A stretch of DNA of 64,000 bases from a virus: the IMG/VR virus record IMGVR_UViG_3300020205_001800, positions 1 to 64,000 of that record, one strand, 5' to 3'. Every line of letters starts with the position of its first letter. The stretch's first letter is position 1. The notes under the pieces were generated by a model. The model was given only the letters and a program-made list of their open reading frames with translations. It was not told the origin of the DNA and searched no databases. Both the position numbers and the translations under genes were made by a program. This document shows positions 46,222 to 55,402 of this stretch, piece by piece.

Positions 46222-48198
46222 ATGAATATTGTTACCACCAAAAAACAACTTGATGAACTTGTTGCCGCATACGATGCGGTAGATTCTTTTGCATATGACG
46301 TAGAAACCGTTGGAGATCATCGCGGAGACCCACGTCAAAATATTGTTGTATGGATTTCTATGGCTACTCATGGTCGAGTCGATGTGATTCCTATGGGCCA
46401 CCCAAACGGTGAGTACACTCACACTGATTATCCTCTTCTACCTTCTGCACATCTTCGTGCTGAAAAAGGTTTAGAACTTCGTTCATCTGATTACAGCAAG
46501 GACGAACGCAAGGCAACCCGCGTATTTACTGAGGCTCCAGACCAGCTAACTCCTGGTGAGGTTTTTAAAGCTTTGAAGCCTCTTCTAATGAGTGACAAGG
46601 TTAAGGTAGGGCATAACCTTAAGTTTGATCTACAAAGCGTTGCTAAGTACATTGGCGGGCTCCCTGCACAGCCTTACGCTTGCACGCTTAACGCATCTTT
46701 TATTATTGATAGCCAAAATAGAAACAACCTTGGTCTTGATGACTGCCTTAAGCGTGAGTTTGGGTACGAGATGGTTAAGGGTGTTGGTAAGGAAGTGGAG
46801 AAGTACAGCTTTACTGAGGTAGCTACTTATGCCGCACTTGACGCAGAGTGGACCTGGAAGCTTTGGCTTAAACTATCTGCTCAATTGGATACTGACGGTT
46901 TACGAGGAATCTTTAATCTCGAGATGGACGTCCTAGAAGTTATTTGCAGCATGGAACTCCGTGGGGCAGACATCGACGTTGTAGAACTTACTAAGCTCAA
47001 AACTGATCTTGAGATTCAACTGGAGACTACAAAAGCTGACATTTATCGGGTAGCTGGTAAACCTTTTAACATTAACAGTGTCCCTGAAAAACAAAAGCTT
47101 TTGTTCTCTAAGAAGAGTGAAGGTGGTCGTGGGCTTCGTCCTAAGGTCCTTACTCCTGCAGGTCAAAAACGTGTTGACAGTGGCGTAGAACCTACTGTGT
47201 CTGACTTCTCTGTAGCAGAGCCTGCATTGGCTATGTTTAGGGGTAAGGATGCTTTGGTTGATGCACTGTCTAATTACTCTGACCTTAATAAGCTCTTGAC
47301 AACGTACGTGGTTCCATATCTAGGTGGGGATATAACACGTACGTTGTCAGGCAAATCTAAAACTGTTGCAAAGAAAAGCCTTTTGTTTAAGGGCCGTATC
47401 CATACGGACTTTGTACAGTATGGTGCGGAGACCGGCCGATTCTCGAGTCGTAATCCAAATTTGCAGAATGTGCCGGCTCCGCATACTGCTAATGGTAAAG
47501 CAATTCGTAACCTTTTTGTTGCTCCAGAAGGATATTCTTTAGTAGTAGCAGACTATTCTCAGATTGAACCTCGTGTAATTGCATCGTTTAGCCAAGACAG
47601 AATTATGTGCGGTGCATACATGAATGGTGAAGACATTTACACAACTATTGGTAATACTATGGGCGTAGATCGTAAAGCTGGAAAAGTTCTTGTACTTTCC
47701 CTAGCGTACGGTGTAGGACCTGATAAGATTGCGGACTCAATTGGCTGTACTCTTGCCGAAGCTCGTAATCTTTTAGACGAGTTTATTCGTAAATTTCCCG
47801 CTGTAGCTCGATATAAGCGACAGGTTGTTAGTGACTGCCGACGCCAAAGCCCTACACCTTTTGCTAGCACTCTACTCAAGCGTCGCCGGTACCTACCAGA
47901 TCTTAGATCTAACGAGGTTTGGAAACGCTCTAGGGCTGAACGGCAAGCATTTAATACCGTTATTCAGGGGTCGGCAGCAGACCTTATCAAAGTTGCTATG
48001 ATTAGGGCACACAAGATGATCCCTGACGAGGCTTCTCTTATCCTTACAATTCACGACGAACTTGTAACTGTAACTCCCACAGAGTTGGCAGAAGAGACTG
48101 CGGCACAGATTAAACTTGCTATGGAAGGTATCAATGCTCTCAGCATTCCGCTGCTTGCAGATATAACGATTGTTAAGCGTTGGGGAGAGGCAAAGTAA
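46222..48198 (+). CDS. polA: Family A DNA polymerase with 3'-5' exonuclease
   Basis: DVET, HNLKFD and YAALDA exonuclease motifs; TGRFSS..PNLQN, DYSQIE.R, K....LAYG, QGSAAD and HDE polymerase motifs. Confidence 0.97.
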   Translation: MNIVTTKKQLDELVAAYDAVDSFAYDVETVGDHRGDPRQNIVVWISMATHGRVDVIPMGHPNGEYTHTDYPLLPSAHLRAEKGLELRSSDYSKDERKATRVFTEAPDQLTPGEVFKALKPLLMSDKVKVGHNLKFDLQSVAKYIGGLPAQPYACTLNASFIIDSQNRNNLGLDDCLKREFGYEMVKGVGKEVEKYSFTEVATYAALDAEWTWKLWLKLSAQLDTDGLRGIFNLEMDVLEVICSMELRGADIDVVELTKLKTDLEIQLETTKADIYRVAGKPFNINSVPEKQKLLFSKKSEGGRGLRPKVLTPAGQKRVDSGVEPTVSDFSVAEPALAMFRGKDALVDALSNYSDLNKLLTTYVVPYLGGDITRTLSGKSKTVAKKSLLFKGRIHTDFVQYGAETGRFSSRNPNLQNVPAPHTANGKAIRNLFVAPEGYSLVVADYSQIEPRVIASFSQDRIMCGAYMNGEDIYTTIGNTMGVDRKAGKVLVLSLAYGVGPDKIADSIGCTLAEARNLLDEFIRKFPAVARYKRQVVSDCRRQSPTPFASTLLKRRRYLPDLRSNEVWKRSRAERQAFNTVIQGSAADLIKVAMIRAHKMIPDEASLILTIHDELVTVTPTELAEETAAQIKLAMEGINALSIPLLADITIVKRWGEAK

Positions 48199-48617
48199 TG
48201 TTTTACAACTGGAAACGAAAGCGTAAATTAAAACATATTACGCAGGTATCTTTGCCTGTTCTAATTAGACAAGTTATTTACGATTCAATGCTAACTCCTC
48301 CCGAGGGTATTGCTACTGCAATGGGCCTCCCACCAATCTCAGACGAAGTGTCTGAAATGGAAGAGCGTGCTAGCGAAGAGCGTTTGTCTAAGTTTTCTGC
48401 TTTGGTTCCTTTTATAGACTCTCACGCAGACATCGCAGCCCGTATAGCTACCGCTGCGTATGTTTTAGAAGACTCAGACGAAAATATTGATCAAGAAGAG
48501 CTAGATAGCATGACCAGATTATTTAGGCTTGTATCCCTTGCTTCTTCTCTATCTTGCGTATCAACATTAATTAGTTTAGGCTTAGTAGAATCAAAGGTGG
48601 TATCACATGAGCAATAA
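48198..48617 (+). CDS. Hypothetical protein
   Basis: TAATG-coupled to the polymerase gene. Confidence 0.65.
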   Translation: MFYNWKRKRKLKHITQVSLPVLIRQVIYDSMLTPPEGIATAMGLPPISDEVSEMEERASEERLSKFSALVPFIDSHADIAARIATAAYVLEDSDENIDQEELDSMTRLFRLVSLASSLSCVSTLISLGLVESKVVSHEQ

Positions 48618-48993
48618 TTGGTGGGCTAATAAATTAGGACAGCCTGCGTCAACTAGCAGTACTCCTCCCGTACGACAAGCGCCTAGTGAGGTTTATATAC
48701 CTAGACCCGGAGATCCGAATACTCGCGTTTCATATAACCCGGATACCGATCAACTTGTATCTAAAGCAGTAAGTGCTAGAGATGCAGAACGTTGTCCAAA
48801 CTGTATGTCAGGCAACTACATGGCTCAAGCAGGACAACGTAAACGTTGTTATGATTGCGGTTACCCAATTGTCCAAGCTGGTAGCGGGGCAGGAATGCCT
48901 AGTGGTGCTGGTGGCGGAGCAACAATTGCAGCAAAACAAGTCAACCAAGGTGGCGGATTTAATCCAAACGTAATTGTAGATAGGATCGGATAA
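48607..48993 (+). CDS. Zn-ribbon hypothetical protein
   Basis: CPNC...RCYDCGYP. Confidence 0.7.
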   Translation: MSNNWWANKLGQPASTSSTPPVRQAPSEVYIPRPGDPNTRVSYNPDTDQLVSKAVSARDAERCPNCMSGNYMAQAGQRKRCYDCGYPIVQAGSGAGMPSGAGGGATIAAKQVNQGGGFNPNVIVDRIG

Positions 48994-50051
48994 TGACATT
49001 AAACCCAGAAGCATTAAAGATTGCGGCAAGTATTAATAAAAAACTCGGTGCAAATACAGTTGTTCTTGCAGGGGCAGCTCAACTTCCTACACGTATTCCT
49101 ACTGGATCCTTGACTCTTGATGTAGTTTTAGGTGGAGGCTGGCCTATGAATCGCTGGGTAGAGCTTGTAGGTGAAGCTTCACACGGTAAAACAGCTATTG
49201 CTTTGCGAACTATTGCGGCAAATCAAGTAAGAGATCCAAATTTTGCTGCGGTATGGATTGCTGCAGAGGACTTTGATGCCAAGTATGCAGAGCTTTGTGG
49301 AGTAGACACCAGTCGTGTGTTACTTGTAGAAACTAACAGCATGGAGCATGCTTTTGATGCTGTAATCCAATTTATGGAAAGTAAAGCTATTGACATGGTA
49401 GTAGTTGACTCTTTACCTGCACTTGTTCCTGGCGCTGAAGACGATAAAACTATGGAAGAATTTACAGTAGGGCGCGGAGCACAGTTAACTAATAAATTTT
49501 TTAGAAAGGTTGCTGCTGCTACTAAGCGCGATCTTATTGATGCAGAGCGACCAGTACTTGGAATTATGATCAATCAGTATCGTATGAAGATTGGCGTAAT
49601 GCACGGAGATCCCCGTACAACCCCAGGAGGCTTAGGTAAAGACTATGCCTACAGCATTCGCGCTGAAGTAAAGCGTGATGACTGGCTTGAGGTCGGAGTT
49701 GGTCAAGATAAGCGCCGTGTAGGTCAGACTATCCGTGTACGTACTATTAAGAACAAGACTTTCCCACCTCAGCAAACAGCTTACTTGGACTTCTACTTTG
49801 CTCCTGGTGGGGCTGTAGATGCCGGTAACTACGATACTGGTAAAGAAATTGTTGCTTTATCCATTCTTAACGGCATTGTTGAACGCCGTGGCGGATGGCT
49901 GTATTATGGTGACCGTAAGTGGCAAGGAGCTCAGGCTCTTATTGACTCCCTCCGGGAAGAGATTGATCTGCGTGAACAGATCAGCGCCGCGGTCATGGAC
50001 ACTCTCAAGTCTCACCCAGCAATTTTGCTGAATACAGACGATGAAGAGTGA
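48993..50051 (+). CDS. recA: RecA recombinase
   Basis: IPTGSL.LD..LGGG.P..R.VE..G..SHGKT, VVVDS..AL.P, INQ.RMKIGVM.G.P.TTPGG and KNKT.PP motifs. Confidence 0.96.
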   Translation: MTLNPEALKIAASINKKLGANTVVLAGAAQLPTRIPTGSLTLDVVLGGGWPMNRWVELVGEASHGKTAIALRTIAANQVRDPNFAAVWIAAEDFDAKYAELCGVDTSRVLLVETNSMEHAFDAVIQFMESKAIDMVVVDSLPALVPGAEDDKTMEEFTVGRGAQLTNKFFRKVAAATKRDLIDAERPVLGIMINQYRMKIGVMHGDPRTTPGGLGKDYAYSIRAEVKRDDWLEVGVGQDKRRVGQTIRVRTIKNKTFPPQQTAYLDFYFAPGGAVDAGNYDTGKEIVALSILNGIVERRGGWLYYGDRKWQGAQALIDSLREEIDLREQISAAVMDTLKSHPAILLNTDDEE

Positions 50052-50358
50052 AGGACAAAAGCAATCGCTAAGTCATGAAAAGCGATTGGCAAAGAAGATT
50101 AACGGCTCGCGCACAGCTGCTTCTGGAGCCTTTTGGTCTCGTAAAGGTGATGTAAGAAACGACGAGCTTTTGATTGAACATAAGTGGACAGGTAAAAAAT
50201 CTGTCACTATTAAATCAGAAGTCTTGAAGAAAATTACAACTGAAGCAATTCTTGATAGCCGTAAACCGGTATTAGGCTTGCACCTTGATGGTGAGAATTA
50301 CGTAGTTCTATTAGAGGAGGACTTTTTCGAACTTCGAAATCTAATAAAAGGTGAGTGA
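50041..50358 (+). CDS. PD-(D/E)xK nuclease, Holliday-junction-resolvase-like
   Basis: E..LA....G.R..ASGA....KGDV....LIEHK motif. Confidence 0.78.
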   Translation: MKSEGQKQSLSHEKRLAKKINGSRTAASGAFWSRKGDVRNDELLIEHKWTGKKSVTIKSEVLKKITTEAILDSRKPVLGLHLDGENYVVLLEEDFFELRNLIKGE

Positions 50359-50700
50359 ATGAATCCAGACGATCCAGCATGGACGTGGAGATATGAAGCA
50401 AAGTGTCGTGGGGTAGATACAGAGATATTTTTTCCACCGCGAGACAGGGCTTTGTATAAGCCAATAGCTGATCAAGCTAAGGCAATTTGCTGGGGCAAGG
50501 ACGGTAGTCCTCCGTGCCCGGTTCGCAAAGAGTGTCTAAAAGAGGCTATAGTTAATGATGAACTGCATGGGATATTCGGCGGCATGTCGCACCGAGAGAG
50601 AAATGCGGCTCAACGTAAATACAAAAAGCAAGGCCTAACGTTAGATGAATGGATAAACAAAGATGGCAAGTACAGAGAAACCTCGCATACTTCAGAGTAA
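50359..50700 (+). CDS. whiB: Second WhiB-family transcription factor
   Basis: W...AKC...D.EIFFP...AK.IC.....CPVR.ECL..A.....GIFGG....ER. Confidence 0.93.
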   Translation: MNPDDPAWTWRYEAKCRGVDTEIFFPPRDRALYKPIADQAKAICWGKDGSPPCPVRKECLKEAIVNDELHGIFGGMSHRERNAAQRKYKKQGLTLDEWINKDGKYRETSHTSE

Positions 50701-51550
50701 AGAGCTTAAGACTTTTCTTAACGCTAACAAGCGAGATACACGTTTGATGGGTTCAGTTGAGCGCCATCTTTTAGCAAAACCTTTTGACAATCGACGCATG
50801 GATATTATTCATCCGTCTGACATTATTAAACCGGAGTGGTGTGCCTTGGCGCAGTATCACGCTATCCGTGGCAACTATATAGAGACTAGAGAAAAGCCTT
50901 CTCTACGTCTTGCTTCAATCTTTGCGGAAGGTCACACTATCCACGCTAAGTGGCAAACTTGGTTACAAGAGATGGGTGTACTTTACGGTTATTGGCAAAA
51001 AGGTAACAAGAGGGTTGGACCAAAGTTGTCGTCTAAAGTTTCTAGTACTCATACGTACGCAGAGTTTCCTTTAGTTAGCGCAAAGCATAAAATTGGTGGA
51101 CACACCGATGGTTGGGTTAAAGGCCTGGGCGCAGACTTTTTAATTGAAATTAAGTCTATTGGTGCTGGAACTCTTCGCTTTGAAGCTCCAGCTTTACTTG
51201 CTCAAGCCGAGGGAGATCTAGATAAAGCTTGGCGTAACATTCGTGCGCCGTTTCGTACGCACCAGATGCAAGGGCAGGTTTACTTACACCTTTGTCATTT
51301 AATGGTTGAAGAGGGCCTACTAGAGTCAGCTCCAAAGGAGATTGTCTTTATCTATGAGCTTAAATCTAATCAAGATTACAAAGAGTTCACTGTCAAGTAC
51401 AACCCAGAGTTCACAGCTGAGATCTTTGAGAAAGCTATGGATGTATCTTGGGCAGTTGACAACAATCGCCCACCCGTGTGTAGTATTGATCCTGTAAAGG
51501 GCTGTACTCGTTGCGAGCCTTATCGGGAGGTAGAAGATGCCAAAGTATGA
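50663..51550 (+). CDS. Cas4-like PD-(D/E)xK exonuclease
   Basis: HPS....WC, G..IH, GHTDG...IEIKS, Q...Y and C-terminal C......C..C motifs. Confidence 0.82.
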   Translation: MASTEKPRILQSKELKTFLNANKRDTRLMGSVERHLLAKPFDNRRMDIIHPSDIIKPEWCALAQYHAIRGNYIETREKPSLRLASIFAEGHTIHAKWQTWLQEMGVLYGYWQKGNKRVGPKLSSKVSSTHTYAEFPLVSAKHKIGGHTDGWVKGLGADFLIEIKSIGAGTLRFEAPALLAQAEGDLDKAWRNIRAPFRTHQMQGQVYLHLCHLMVEEGLLESAPKEIVFIYELKSNQDYKEFTVKYNPEFTAEIFEKAMDVSWAVDNNRPPVCSIDPVKGCTRCEPYREVEDAKV

Positions 51551-51704
51551 TTTTGTATGTATGCCGTGCGACTCTACTGTAGAAATGCACATGACTATCG
51601 ATTCAGTCGAACGTCCAGCTTGTGATAGATGTGGCAACTTCATGACTAAAGTTTTTACACCACCGGCAGTTCATTTTAAAGGCGGAGGGTGGGGCGGACA
51701 GTGA
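51537..51704 (+). CDS. FmdB-family zinc-ribbon protein (55 aa)
   Basis: MPKYDFVC..C...CDRCG..M.KV......FKGGGW; GGAGG RBS. Not in the ORF track. Confidence 0.85.
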   Translation: MPKYDFVCMPCDSTVEMHMTIDSVERPACDRCGNFMTKVFTPPAVHFKGGGWGGQ

Positions 51705-51838
51705 GCAAGAAGAAAAAGAAAAGACGAGCCGGTAAATCGGTTATGAAAATTGGCGGTCGGCTACATCCGATTAAAATTAGGAAATATAATTTTCCTGTAA
51801 CTGTTACAAAGGTGGGGGCAGATGAGCATCAGTCGTAA
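51701..51838 (+). CDS. Small basic protein (45 aa, MSKKKKKRRAGK...)
   Basis: GTGA overlap with the FmdB gene; fills the gap. Confidence 0.5.
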   Translation: MSKKKKKRRAGKSVMKIGGRLHPIKIRKYNFPVTVTKVGADEHQS

Positions 51839-52307
51839 AGTATTAGACTCTTTGGGAGAGTTAGGAATTAGCTTGTCAGCTAAACCTGGGTACGGCATTC
51901 CAGATCTTCCTCGTGACATTACTGAACTAGATGATGAAGGTCTTATGGACTTATTCGTACAATTTACTCAGTGGAACGATCACCTTTCAGGTGCGCACGC
52001 TCTTGCTGTTATTAACGAACGTGAAGCTCAACGCAACGTAGATGTTGCAGAAGCTAGGGCAATGATGGCTAACTGGACCGGTGCTAAAGGCGGAGATAAA
52101 GTAACCGTTATCAAAGCACAGATTACAGCTAGTCCCGAAGTAGATGAGTTGTATGATGATTTAAACACTAAGTATGCGTTTAGAAAACTATTGGAAACTC
52201 GCGCTAATAATGTAGAACGTGATTCGCAGGTAGTAAGCCGTGAATTAACCCGTCGTACATCAGACGGTGGCGGGATGCGATCTAGACAAAGGAAGTTTAC
52301 AACATGA
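51822..52307 (+). CDS. Helical hypothetical protein (possibly UvsY-like recombination mediator)
   Basis: Coiled-coil with C-terminal SRELTRR; in a recombination neighbourhood. Confidence 0.5.
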   Translation: MSISRKVLDSLGELGISLSAKPGYGIPDLPRDITELDDEGLMDLFVQFTQWNDHLSGAHALAVINEREAQRNVDVAEARAMMANWTGAKGGDKVTVIKAQITASPEVDELYDDLNTKYAFRKLLETRANNVERDSQVVSRELTRRTSDGGGMRSRQRKFTT

Positions 52308-52846
52308 TCATTGGTCTTACAGGTTACGCACAGTCTGGCAAAGATACGGTTGCTAACATTCTTGTAGAAAAATATGGCTATAAACGAGTCGCTTTTGCAG
52401 ACAAGATTAGAGAATTTTTGTACGAAATTAATCCTATGGTTGGGTGCAGCCCCTCAGGCTACTTACGTGATTTAGTAGACCTTAAAGGTTGGGACGAAGC
52501 TAAGCAAGAGCCTCAGGTACGCAGGTTGCTACAAGATTTAGGCGTTGGGGCTAGAAAGTTATTTGGCGATACATTTTGGATTATGGAAGCTCTAGGAGAT
52601 GTATCTCCACAAGACAAAGTAGTAGTTTCTGATGTTAGGTTTGAAAATGAAGCCGAATGGATTCAAACATTTCGTGGTCAGATCTGGCGAATTAAAAGAC
52701 CGGGTGTATCTGCGGTTAACGAACACGAGTCCGAGTCACAAATGGACGGGCATAAAGTAGATCAAATTTTTGTAAACGGCGGGTCTATGGAAGATCTCAA
52801 AGTATTAATACAAACTAGGATGTCTGGTTATGCCAAGTCAGAGTAG
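52304..52846 (+). CDS. Deoxynucleoside monophosphate kinase
   Basis: IIGLTGYAQSGKDT, FAD, R.LLQ.LG, DVRF.NE and H.SE motifs. Confidence 0.92.
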   Translation: MIIGLTGYAQSGKDTVANILVEKYGYKRVAFADKIREFLYEINPMVGCSPSGYLRDLVDLKGWDEAKQEPQVRRLLQDLGVGARKLFGDTFWIMEALGDVSPQDKVVVSDVRFENEAEWIQTFRGQIWRIKRPGVSAVNEHESESQMDGHKVDQIFVNGGSMEDLKVLIQTRMSGYAKSE

Positions 52847-53180
52847 AAAACATAGGGGATACAAGTCTCAAAAAATTGTAGCCAACTACCTTGCTGAAAA
52901 TGGCTGGCCATATGCTGAATCTACTGGGGCTGGTCGTTCTGGTACTGACGTTACCGGAACTATAGGCATTGACTGGGAAGTAAAAGCACGTACAGGGTTC
53001 AACCCCAGCGCTGCTATAAAACAGCTTAAAGACCGCCATAATGGCAAAGACTTGCCAGTGGCCGTACTACGACTCAACGGCCAAGGAGAGGCTAGTATCG
53101 GGGAGTGGCCAGTAATTCTGCGCCTAGAAGACTTTGTCCAGTTATTAAAAGAAGCTGGATACGCTGACGGAACCACATAA
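52830..53180 (+). CDS. Holliday junction resolvase (PD-(D/E)xK)
   Basis: SRKHRG......VA.YL...G....G.D......EVK motif. Confidence 0.8.
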   Translation: MPSQSRKHRGYKSQKIVANYLAENGWPYAESTGAGRSGTDVTGTIGIDWEVKARTGFNPSAAIKQLKDRHNGKDLPVAVLRLNGQGEASIGEWPVILRLEDFVQLLKEAGYADGTT

Positions 53181-53239
53181 ATCACGTACCTTGTTCTTAG
53201 GCGGGCGAATCTAATTCGAACCTAAAGGACTACAAACTC

Positions 53240-53521
53240 GTGATTGATAAAGAAAATGAAGAACAGTTCCTGCGTGTAAGCGCCGGATCTAATGCACAAT
53301 CCGTTGGATCAGCTATAGCGCATGCTCTATATGAACGCCCTCAAATTAAATTGAGAGCCGTAGGAGCTTCCGCTGTAAACCAGGCTGTAAAGGCAATCGC
53401 TATTGCTAGAGGTTATGTAGCCCCAAGAGGCTTAGACCTAACTTGCCGCCCAGGTTTTACTACAGTTGACTCCCGCGATGGACAAATTTCTGCAATAGTC
53501 TTTACTATTAATGTAAATTAA
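53240..53521 (+). CDS. spoVS: SpoVS-family protein
   Basis: LRVSA.S...SV..AIA, A.GA.AVNQAVKAIAIARG and P.F.....ISAI motifs are near-canonical SpoVS. Confidence 0.92.
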   Translation: MIDKENEEQFLRVSAGSNAQSVGSAIAHALYERPQIKLRAVGASAVNQAVKAIAIARGYVAPRGLDLTCRPGFTTVDSRDGQISAIVFTINVN

Positions 53522-53566
53522 TATAGTCTTATCCCAAGAGATCTCTAATCATAGATAGGTACCCAT

Positions 53567-53932
53567 ATGGCACGCTCAACAATTCCTAGTCCTGACGAGG
53601 CACTAGCAGGCGCAGCACAGCAAGGCCGCTCAGTTATGGGCCGTGAAGGCGTAGCCTTTACAGCACCAGGAGCATCAGGAAATACAAACACAACATTGGT
53701 TCCCAAAAAGGGAGCACAAGCTGGAGACCCAACAGCTGGAGGAAAAGGCACTCGTGCCAACGTTCCTTACACCGGCGAGCGCACAGGCGCTTCATACGGA
53801 GTCTCAGGCATGCGATACACAAAGATAACAGATCCAGCAGCTGGTGAAACTCAGGCAAATGGAATCATTATCAAAACCGCAACGAACCGCGACCGCTTGA
53901 ACTTCGATTCTGGAAGTGGCGCTTCGTACTAA
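53567..53932 (+). CDS. Gly/Ala/Thr-rich hypothetical protein
   Basis: ORF with phage-like codon usage, followed by a terminator. Confidence 0.65.
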   Translation: MARSTIPSPDEALAGAAQQGRSVMGREGVAFTAPGASGNTNTTLVPKKGAQAGDPTAGGKGTRANVPYTGERTGASYGVSGMRYTKITDPAAGETQANGIIIKTATNRDRLNFDSGSGASY

Positions 53933-53947
53933 TTTCGTGTACAGTTT

Positions 53948-53984
53948 TAGGCCTTGGGAGTAATCCCGAGGCCTATTCTGTTTT
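53948..53984 (+). terminator. Rho-independent terminator
   Basis: TAGGCCTTGGGA-GTAA-TCCCGAGGCCTA followed by TTCTGTTTT. Confidence 0.75.
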
Positions 53985-53996
53985 ACGGAGGTATAC

Positions 53997-54230
53997 GTGT
54001 TAGAGAGCTTATATACAGAAGCTAAAGAACAAGCTAAAGTCAGTAGTTATTGTTTAGTTGGGCAGTGGGCTATGTCCTTAACAGGAAATGATAAAGCAGC
54101 GTTTGACGCATCAATTGATGATGTAGACTTCTCTACAAGAAGTTTATTTAAGCTATATAAAAAAGCTGGGGCCACCTTCGGGTTAACGTCTTTGCTCACA
54201 CACCGAAACGGAGAATGCGGATGTCCTTAG
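53997..54230 (+). CDS. Small hypothetical protein with C/H Zn-like motif
   Basis: GGAGG RBS; C...HR.G.C.C. Confidence 0.7.
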   Translation: MLESLYTEAKEQAKVSSYCLVGQWAMSLTGNDKAAFDASIDDVDFSTRSLFKLYKKAGATFGLTSLLTHRNGECGCP

Positions 54231-55402
54231 CGGATGACTACGATGCAATAATTCAAACAAGTAATCAAGGTTCCGATAAAGCAAATAAAAATATTCCAGA
54301 AGCATGGCGTCCACGTTCTGAAATTGGAACAGACGGTGGCTTTGTTGTTTCAACACCGCGCCCAGATGGCAATACACCTGGTGCTGAAGAAATCTTGCGT
54401 GAAGCAAATTTAGATCCTGCAGAGTGGGCAGTAGTATCACATCGTCGCTCACGTTGGCAGAAGTATGACGGGGACTGGTTAGAATCATTTAGAATCAACG
54501 TTGTTCCAGTAAATAGTTCTATAGAAAAAGATTACGATCTTACAGAATTGCTTCAAACTATTACTAAATGGAAACCTGGCAAGGTTGCAGAAAACAAAGG
54601 CGAACTTACTGCGGTGTATAGCATTGGTGATACCCAATACGGAAAAGACGATACTCCTGCAATCATAGATAGAGTGCTACGTTCTTTAGACGAAGCTGTA
54701 GAGCATCATAAGTATTTAACAAAGAAGTACAACATTGGACAGATTGCATTGCCACAACTTGGTGATTGCATTGAAGGTATGACAAGTCAAAAGGGCAAGG
54801 TTATGGGTCGCCACGACATTGGCGTATCAGAACAAGTACGAGTGGGGCGTCGCATGCTTCTTGCTCAAATTAAAGCCTTTGCACCATTAGCTGAGAAGAT
54901 TATTGTTCCAGTGGTTCCAGGTAACCACGACGAAGTTCAACGTTTCTTGGTTGGACGGCCAGAAGACTCTTGGCAAATTGATGTAGTTGCATCAGTAGAA
55001 GACATTTGTAAAGAAAACGATTTCTTGCGAGATCGCGTTGAGTTCCGGTATCCGGCTTCAGACGACAGCACTCTTACTATTAACTTAAGTGGAGTTATGT
55101 ACGGTATGGCTCATGGACACCAAGCACGTGACATGGTTAAGTGGTGGGCTGGACAAGCTATGGGCCGTTGTTCTGTAGCACAGGCCGACATACTTAATGT
55201 TGGTCACTATCACCATTATCGTTCACAAAACGTAGGGCCAAGGTTGTTTATTCAAAACCCAGCAATGGACAACGGTTCCGCATGGTTCCGTGATAAGTCT
55301 GGCCTTGAAAGCGCACCAGGAATTATTTCTTTAGTGCTTGGCGAAGGTATGGATCCACGCCGTGAGTTGGTAGTACTTGGAGGTGTTAACGATCGTGGAT
55401 AA
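54221..55402 (+). CDS. Calcineurin-like metallophosphoesterase
   Basis: GDTQ, GDCIE, GNHD, HGH and GHYH motifs. Confidence 0.88.
   Translation: MSLADDYDAIIQTSNQGSDKANKNIPEAWRPRSEIGTDGGFVVSTPRPDGNTPGAEEILREANLDPAEWAVVSHRRSRWQKYDGDWLESFRINVVPVNSSIEKDYDLTELLQTITKWKPGKVAENKGELTAVYSIGDTQYGKDDTPAIIDRVLRSLDEAVEHHKYLTKKYNIGQIALPQLGDCIEGMTSQKGKVMGRHDIGVSEQVRVGRRMLLAQIKAFAPLAEKIIVPVVPGNHDEVQRFLVGRPEDSWQIDVVASVEDICKENDFLRDRVEFRYPASDDSTLTINLSGVMYGMAHGHQARDMVKWWAGQAMGRCSVAQADILNVGHYHHYRSQNVGPRLFIQNPAMDNGSAWFRDKSGLESAPGIISLVLGEGMDPRRELVVLGGVNDRG

Noticed and set aside
38910-50051. Inteins or introns in DnaB, PolA or RecA
   Set aside because: Lengths are ordinary, motifs are contiguous, and no C...HN intein ends or homing endonuclease motifs were seen.
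50663-51550. Cas4-like gene as evidence of a CRISPR system
   Set aside because: No repeat-spacer array or other cas genes were seen; stand-alone Cas4-like nucleases are common in phage recombination modules.
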